Shown in pieces: positions 58,991 through 64,000 of a stretch of 64,000 nt of DNA. Below the pieces are notes generated by a model, which saw only the letters and a program-made list of their open reading frames with translations, ran no database searches and had not been told where the DNA came from. The number at the start of each line of letters is the position of its first letter. Within the stretch, counting starts at the first letter, position 1. This DNA is from Chrysomallon squamiferum (taxonomy: Eukaryota > Animalia > Mollusca), in contig CM022673.1 of the NCBI GenBank assembly GCA_012295275.1, positions 744,001-808,000 on the forward strand, read 5' to 3'. The translations under genes were made by a program, and so were the position numbers.

Positions 58991-61252
58991 GTACCATGTC
59001 TAAGATTTCTTGTTGTGAATGATCCATCACCTTGTAAAAGCTTATTTGTTGTTGGCTAACACCTTCCCCAATATGCCTGTAAATAATTATCCACTGTTAT
59101 GTTTGTATAGCTGTTGCTAACTACTGACTTGCTAACTTTACTCACATCTCTTGTTTTGTTGCAGTTGTTGTATTATCTTCATTATCTGTTGTTTCAATAG
59201 AATTTTTTTTTTTTTTTTTTTTTTTTTACTAAGTCATGTTTGCTGACTGATGATAACACACATTTAGGAACCCTATATTCACATATATATTGAAAATGAT
59301 CCTTTGGAAATAGAAAATGATCCTTGTTTTGCATTATCACTGGTGAAATTACATGCTCAGTACAGAATCTTCAATCATAAGGCAATTTCTCATGATCTGG
59401 AATGGTCATGCCAAAAAGGCATTATTAGACCTACATGAAAACACTACACAACAAAGCCCTACCATCCTACAAAGATTGTGGGCAACAGGAAAATACCACG
59501 AAGCCGTACCTTGTCTATGAAAAATACAATAATTGCAATTCTGTCATGTAAATATTAATATGGCTCACTGTCACCACAATCTGTTAATATTCATTTTTGT
59601 CACACCAAAGTTTAATGGGAATAACTTTGTCAGAGTTTGAGTAAGTATTTGTAAAATTGCACTGAAAAATGTAATGAAACATTGATGAAACACTCACATC
59701 TAGTGTGCAGGGAACCATATCCTGTTATTTATTAAGAAGTCTCAGTAGTTATGGGTATTGATAATGTAATCGCTGCCTGATTTCTTATATTAATTTTAAT
59801 TATGTGCTTGAAATTGTCATAAACCAAGACTAAAGTTCAGAACAAGTATTTTGTTTATACATTTACAGATTTCAACTTCTATCTGACATCAAGTTAAAGG
59901 CAGTTGTTAATGATATTAAAAATTGTTGTAGAGATTATTTTTATTTTAATGACTGTTCTCTTCTCATTCACCTCTACACTGTAAGAGAACAACAACTACA
60001 ACAACAACACTAATAACAATAATAATAATAATTATTATTATTATGATAATAAGCAAATAACCTTGGCTAAAACAAAATACAAATAAATAACAATATTCAA
60101 CAATTTCATTTAATGTTGAATTGTAAAATATGTTGAAAAATAAAAACCAGCAGTAGTACACGTATAAGACATCTCAAAATTGTATGAAAACATTTTTATA
60201 TTTGTTTTTTTTTGTTTGTGTGTATGTATGTGTGTGTGTTTAAAAGATATAATTTAACAGAATTTTTTCTCTTAAAGTCTGGAATTTGTGTTTTTTAATT
60301 ATAAAATCTTTGCAGTTTTATATTAACATATAATAAGAAGATAATTAAAATAGGAATGCCATTGCAGATGCAATGAAAAAAATGAAATAACCATTTTGTC
60401 GATCACTTGGCTGACAGTAATAATGTATATAGCAGTTTCACTCCTCATCTTTACTTGCTTTGCTGTTGCTATTTTTTTTTTTATTTTTTTTTACTGTTCC
60501 AAAACACACTGTGTTTGTTTGTTCTGATAACTAAAAAAAATATTCTGAAGCTGCTTGTTAATAATTCAGCATTTCATTTGATACTTCATCTCATTATTAA
60601 ACAAACATTTTAAGTGACAGTTTTGACAAAGTTCTTTTTTTCCCCATTAGAATCATTCATAGATTTATTTTAATTTCTCTTTTTTTTTTTCTTTTTTTTT
60701 CTGTGTTAAAATTCACAACATTTCACTGGAATCCATGTTTAACCTCATTTTTCAAACATTGTTAAATTATCATTGATTTTTTTAAAATTAATTTTTAATG
60801 TGATGAAGTATCAGTTTTAAAATGCGTATCACTGTTGTTTCAAAATTCTTGAGACAAAAATGTTACACACACTTTCAGTTTGTTACATGTTGTAGATAAA
60901 GATTATTTTATTATTTATCAACCTCTGTGTTGAAAGTATTTACCTAGACAGTATATTTAAAGATTATTTTTTAATCTTGTTATTTGGTTTATGTGGCATA
61001 TGTGTATGTGCTTATAATATAAAGATTCAATTTATCCTTCTAATTTGAATTTAAATTAGAAAAGATAAGAAAATTATTTCTATAATTAAAAAGTGTTAAA
61101 TATCACACAGCAAGTGCTATATTTTGTTTATATAATTGAATTTTTGCACTGACAATTATGCAATAACCTCATAATATGTACACTACACAAATGTTTATAT
61201 AGTTATCTGTGTGTATAAACACTGCATATAAAATCTGTTGTTAATATTGCAG

Positions 61253-61286
61253 GCAGACAAAACCGTCAGGAGGAAAATATTTGTGA
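61253..61286 (+). CDS. GATD1: Candidate alternative terminal exon of GATD1 (KQTKPSGGKYL*)
   Basis: Donor AA|GTAGGT at 58987 overlaps the exon-7 stop; acceptor ttaatattgcag at 61251-61252 gives in-frame AAG CAG ACA AAA CCG TCA GGA GGA AAA TAT TTG TGA; AATAAA at 61364-61369. Confidence 0.5.
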
Positions 61287-61701
61287 TATTCATAAATCTG
61301 ACTGCTGGATGGTCAGAACTGCTATGACATTTTCACGTTTACTTCACTGTTTGACATTAAACAAATAAAATTGCTTGACAGGTTAAGAATGGTAATATAT
61401 AAAAAAATCAACCTGTGATTGTCAGATATGTGTACAAAATGATTTTAAAAATGTGAATACTCAGATACTGTTTTGTTGTTTGTTTCTTTTGTGGTGTTTA
61501 AATTAGCATTGGATTGTTTTTGTTTTCTGTCATTAAGTACATACAAAAATCCATTTTTGCAAATCTACATTATAGAGGATGGAAGGGTAGCATTTCAGCT
61601 CATTTCAGCTCAAAACAGACAAAACAAAACAAACAATAACAAGACAAAACAAAACAAAACCATAAAAAAAAAGCTCTCTCACCATTAACTCTCTCTCTCT
61701 C

Positions 61702-61819
<118 letters not shown>

Positions 61820-62349
61820 AAATAGAAGAACAATTCTCTCTCTCTCTCTCTCCCCTTTATAAAATACCAAAAAAACCCCACCCGCAAAAAAAAAAAAAAA
61901 AACCCTGCTTAATTCAATATTTATATCTCTTCAGTTAGCAGTTAATATTGGATAAAATAAAACCAGCATTTGTTTCAAAAAGGTAACACGTTTAGTATTG
62001 GACTGAAAAACAATAGAGCTAGATCTGCGGATATCAAACTTCCATGTAGGTAAAGAGATTATTAAATGTTTAATGTTAATTATGAAATATTTGGACTGAG
62101 AAGTGATTAATAATTTTCTTTACGTAATCGTTTAAGACATGATTCTAAAACAGTATCGATTTTGCTTACAGTCAAAATTCGACCGTTAGAATATCCGTGA
62201 ATTATTTTCAAAAAGATGTTTCATCTTTGGGGTATTCTTTTGATCTGAATGAATCATCTCATTTTCAGTTGCCCATTTGTATTTTTTATAATGAAACATT
62301 AACACAAACGTCATCACCAGAAAGTACAACGATAACAACAGCGACAACA

Positions 62350-62880
62350 ACAAACTTGTTTCTCATTTCCTAAAATCTAAATTGATCAGAAGCAACCGAA
62401 TCGTTTTGTTAAATGTAAAATCTAAATTGGTTCAAAGGCTTTAAGATCAAACTTATTTCTTAATGAAACATATTATTATTCATTAAAACACTGGGACATT
62501 TATTCCTGAAAATCTAGACTGGTCAAGAAGGCTTTGAGATGTTTCTTATTTCTTAAATCTGAATAGGTCAAAAAGCAATGAAACGTTTATTATTCGTGAA
62601 ATCTAAATAGATCAGACAGGGTTTAGATATTTCTTGTCCCTCAAAATGTAAATCTGAGTGGATGAGTACCAGCGTGCAATTTTCTACTGGCAATCTGACG
62701 ACAGATTTAAAAGCTCTGGGCCCAGAAAACTGCAGTGAGCTTTTTGAATTTTTTGTTTTCATACAGACAGGATACCATTATCGATTTGCATACATACACA
62801 TAGACAGGGTTTAGACGTTTCTTGTCCCTCGAAATTTAACCAGATCAGAAATATTCAGTCGTTTCTTATTTCTTAGACCT
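62350..62880. repeat. Old degenerate ~45-bp tandem repeat
   Basis: Recurrent aaaatctaaattgatcaga..ggtttagatgtttctt units; agacagggtttaga...ttcttgtccctc appears at about 62614 and 62802. Confidence 0.5.
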
Positions 62881-63523
62881 ACAAGAAATTAAAGAAAAAA
62901 CAAAACAAAAAAACAAAGAAGAAGAAAAAACATATCACAAAACATGAAACCATCCGCTTTAAAGAATAAAACTAATGAGTAATATCATGTTCTGGAAAAA
63001 TACATAAAAAAACAAAACAAAAAAAAACACTGACAAAAAGATAAGCTGTAATTTAGAAAACTACTGGTGAATATTGAGCAGAAGTTTGAGTTACAATGAA
63101 TCACTGGATCGATTCTAGTCAGAGACCCATTTCCTGTTTCCTTCACTACAAGTTTATCAAAGGTAATGACGTGCTTTCCTAAACATTTTTAGTCCATCAT
63201 CCTCTCTAGTTTTCTGAAATGACTTTGCCGATATGAATGATTATAACTGTCGGTTATAAATGTGTTGAGTGCATTCATCATTAAAGTATGTCATTTTGCG
63301 CGCGTGTGTGTGTGTGTGGATGTGTGTGTGTATGTGTGTGTGTGTGTGTTACACACTACAGACATTAAGGTTTTTTCCAATCTATTTAATGTGGGTATAC
63401 TCACATATATTCATAGATACTGATATGTGGATATATATAAAACTAATAATTTTCTTTAAGATATGATTCTAAAAGTATACTGGTTTTGCTTACAAAATGT
63501 AAGCAAAATGTCTAGTCTTCATT

Positions 63524-63567
<44 letters not shown>

Positions 63568-64000
63568 GTCCCCCCTTTATTTCATAAACTGACGTCTGAA
63601 TGCATAATTTTATTGCCGGTTTCCTATTTGTATCACCAAAAACTACAACAGCAGCAACAACAAACTTAACAAAATCTTTAAGTAAAAAAACAATTAAAAA
63701 AAACAACAAAAACAAACAGATATAACTAACATCCAGTGTTTTGCAGTAACAGAACTAACAGAGATACGAATACAGACCCTGCCTCCCTTTCGTTTCTGAG
63801 TGATCTGCGTGTCTGCTTGTATGTATGTGTGAGTGTGTGTATGTGTGTGTGTATGTGCGTGTGTATTGTTATTATTATATAGTTTTTGCCATTAGATACA
63901 GCATTTGTTCATGTAATTTTCATAATGCACTTCTGTGATCTTGTGTATCAGCTCTGTTGATAAAGTTTTAAAATCTCTGTCATGCCGTTTATTTTTTTGT

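Overview
AT-rich, microsatellite-dense animal genomic DNA with spliceosomal GT-AG introns. It is probably from a marine invertebrate such as a mollusc (inferred, not proven). Almost all long ORFs in the supplied track are microsatellite artefacts; the real genes are split into short exons that had to be joined by hand. (1) A minus-strand secreted peptide precursor that the ORF track largely misses: a signal-peptide exon (19783-19662), a 14.5 kb intron and a second exon (5107-4962) encoding RKK followed by a 36-aa, four-cysteine peptide ending CSP-G. The architecture is calcitonin/CGRP-like with an extra C-terminal ring, and the last exon was not found in the window. (2) Two head-to-head, intact, four-coding-exon microsomal cytochrome P450 paralogues (42006-36099 minus, 482 aa; 46219-51414 plus, 481 aa). 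Both deviate from canonical catalytic motifs: heme loop FGxE-PRxCxG instead of FxxGxRxCxG, and no I-helix acid (the plus copy also lacks the catalytic Thr). (3) A complete 7-exon GATD1/PDDC1 gene (53881-58990) whose exon-5 acceptor region is tandemly amplified five times, with a candidate alternative last exon. Also present: a hAT-Charlie-type MITE, a Tigger4/Zombi-like MITE, degenerate SINE-like fragments, several minisatellites and a perfect 88-bp-arm inverted repeat.
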